64,000 bases of DNA from assembly GCA_020891255.1 (NCBI GenBank), contig BQFW01000001.1, positions 434,001 through 498,000 of the forward strand. The letters are read 5' to 3'. Position 1 is the first letter of the stretch; each line of letters begins with the position of its first letter. This DNA is from Entomortierella parvispora E1425 (lineage: Eukaryota; Fungi; Mortierellomycota). Under the pieces are notes generated by a model, which was not told where the DNA came from, did no database searches, and saw only the letters and a program-made list of their open reading frames with translations. Shown piece by piece: positions 61,932-64,000 of this stretch. The position numbers and the translations under genes are program-made.

Positions 61932-62210
61932 ATGGCAGCTCTGACAGATCAACTGGACCAGACTCAGATCTACAACGACGATGTAGAGGATGTCAATGAC
62001 GAATATGGATTCCAGGAGCAAGGATTCTTTGGACCAGGAGGGCTGGATGCTGGTGCTAATGAGACGCTGCTTGGTCTTCGGTTTAGACTTGAGAGTCAGG
62101 GCGATGGGAACGACAGTGCCAGTCAACGAGTTTCTGAACCCAAGAGGGTCCAGGCGGTGCATGTCTGTTTCTCCAAGACGGCCAAGAAGATGGACATGAA
62201 GGATCTGAAG
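61932..62210 (+). pseudogene. Condensin kleisin (Brn1/Cnd2/CAP-H)-like fragment
   Basis: Acidic tract followed by EPKRVQAVHVCFSKTAKKMDMKDLK (62136-62210), resembling the CAP-H C-terminal motif EP.KV..I...YAKTAKKMDMK.LK as recalled. Confidence 0.55.
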
Positions 62211-62999
62211 TTACCCACCAGCACTAGAAGTACCCACACACGCAGGTTCTATTCGCAATTTACCACTGACTTCAAGAAAACCAAGGCTGGGTCTCTATGA
62301 AAATCTGCGATGGGCAAAAAGCAGATCTCAGTTGCAGCCACACAGGTTGCTTGCGGACTGTGCTTGGAACAAGACACCGATCTCTCGGTTGCGAGTAAGT
62401 TATGCAATCCATTCTGTTATTTGTATGTTTGTATGAAGCAAGGACAAAGGGTGTCGTGGCCGCCAACAATGCGCTCGCTCTAGTCTCCGAACCGCCAATT
62501 CGTGCCAGATCCAAAAGGTCACCAGGTTTAGGTGAGCGCAGACAAATCGTCATCTCTTGTCAAATAAAACCTCCCCAGAGAGCGGCCAGTGCATCAAGCG
62601 ACAGCCTCCACCGACGGATGTTCGGGCGAGGACAAAGGGCAAGGAGAAAAGCGCCAGTGCTTCCAAGCCCCTCCGCTTCTTCTCCTGAGCCATCTTCCCC
62701 ATCAAATATCTCCTACATTATCATCAAGACCGCGAGCGTGGGCCATGACAAGTTTCCGGCTACTCCGTCTTCGTCTCCTGTTGGGCAGTCCAGTCAGTTT
62801 CAGCGACGTGTAACTGCAGCTCATGCTGGTCCACCTGTAAATAACTCTGCAACCCTTGAACCTGACCAGTGTGCCTCTCTTACACAAATTAAAGATGTTC
62901 GTGATTCACGAGCCCTGCCAGCAGGATGCACGTAATGTAGTATATCTTCATCCGTTCTATGTTGAATAAAGAAGAAAAAAAATTAAAAGAAAGACAGAA
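62211..62999 (+). mobile_element. Second, more degenerate Helitron derivative
   Basis: 62213-62460 aligns with 51830-52050, including the GTAAGT donor. 62900-62995 aligns with the helicase end and 3' UTR (53020-53140). The hairpin/CTAG end is missing. Confidence 0.65.
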
Positions 63000-64000
63000 A
63001 TGAAATCCGACTTGGACCGTGCACAAGGAGCGGGCTCAAAATGGGCGAAGCACGTTCTCCACCTGGTTTTCTCCCCGCTTCTCATCGGGTCATGTCTCCA
63101 TCTCCCCCAAGCTGGCTGTCCTTCATTCCTCCATCCTTCTTTCCAACAGCCCTTCTTCTCTCCTCCATGCACAGTTGCCCACATTCACACCATCTCATTC
63201 GGTCATTTGCTCGCTGCATCTCACGAATCACATGCCATGGCGCTTTTGACAGCACTTGTGAAGACCATTCAGGTCCAAGACGATCTTCATTCACATACAA
63301 GATCAAACTTTGTACGCGGCACAGTGGATATGATGTTCATTCATCACCAACTTGTAAAGTAGTTCCTTTTTTTTTTTTTTGAAGTCCATTTTTTTCGGTC
63401 AGAATATAAGAGAGAGAACAAGAATTTTAATAATAGAGTGCTTTGAACGGGAGTGGAAGTGGAAGAGAGTGCTTTGGTAGTGGGAAGAGAGTGCTTTGGA
63501 AGTGGGAAGAGAGTGCTATGGAAGTAGAAAAGAAAACTAGTAAAGGTAAGTTTCGAAGAAAAAAAATGGTTTGTGGAAGGGATAAAGTGAGTTGGGGTAC
63601 CAATTCCCCCGATGTTTGTTATAGATGCTGACGACTCCGTGCCATCACCACATCCCATCGGCAACATGGATTTGTGGAAGAAACAAAGAGCAGTACCAAG
63701 TCCCCGATGTTCGCTGACGACTCTGAGCCATCACCTCATCACATCGGCATCATGGATTACCGCCCACTATCCTAACTACACTAGGGCTAAACTAACTAGT
63801 CTAGAAGCGAAGGAAAGGGGGCGGAAGGACAGGACGTTTTCTCTCTTGATTCTTGATTCTTGTTTCTTGATTCTTGTTTCTTGTTTCTTGTATGGTTGGC
63901 CCTAGACCAAAGAGGGAGCAGGGAGGCAACTGCGTTTGAGAGGCAGGCCAGGCGGTCTGGTGGCCGAAGCAGGTCTTGAGGGCCGAGGTCAAGCCATGAG
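63000..64000 (+). repeat. Third copy of the 45-48 kb repeat family (runs off the window)
   Basis: Starts TGAAATCCGACTTGGACCGTGCACAAG as at 45116. 63610-63990 is near-identical to 45712-46090. Confidence 0.88.

Overview
Eukaryotic, fungal DNA: GT-AG introns of about 80-110 bp are present, and the gene content suggests Mortierellaceae/Mucoromycota (inference). The window is a repeat-rich immune/effector compartment with no recognisable housekeeping gene. Main contents: (1) a Crinkler (CRN)-type pseudogene with Ubl header, AAA+ NTPase, REase-like region and HhH domain; (2) three copies of one young chromodomain-bearing Ty3/Gypsy retrotransposon with identical 111-bp LTRs, one nested in the gag of another, clustered around a ~1.8-kb modular fold-back island; (3) three paralogous three-exon NLR-like genes (helical N-terminus, Arm-like region, NACHT, 33-aa HEAT repeats with alphaRep-like hypervariable positions), each broken at or near the NACHT/sensor junction; (4) two solo LTRs of a second family, both inserted 21-23 bp from a promoter CACGTG in the same orientation; (5) Helitron remnants bracketing the third NLR, one fused to a condensin-kleisin-like fragment; (6) several hairpin-bearing tandem arrays and a ~3.2-kb inverted repeat. 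Several frameshifts lie in homopolymers and may be assembly errors, but some lesions are nonsense codons. All coordinates were read by eye and no database search was run.
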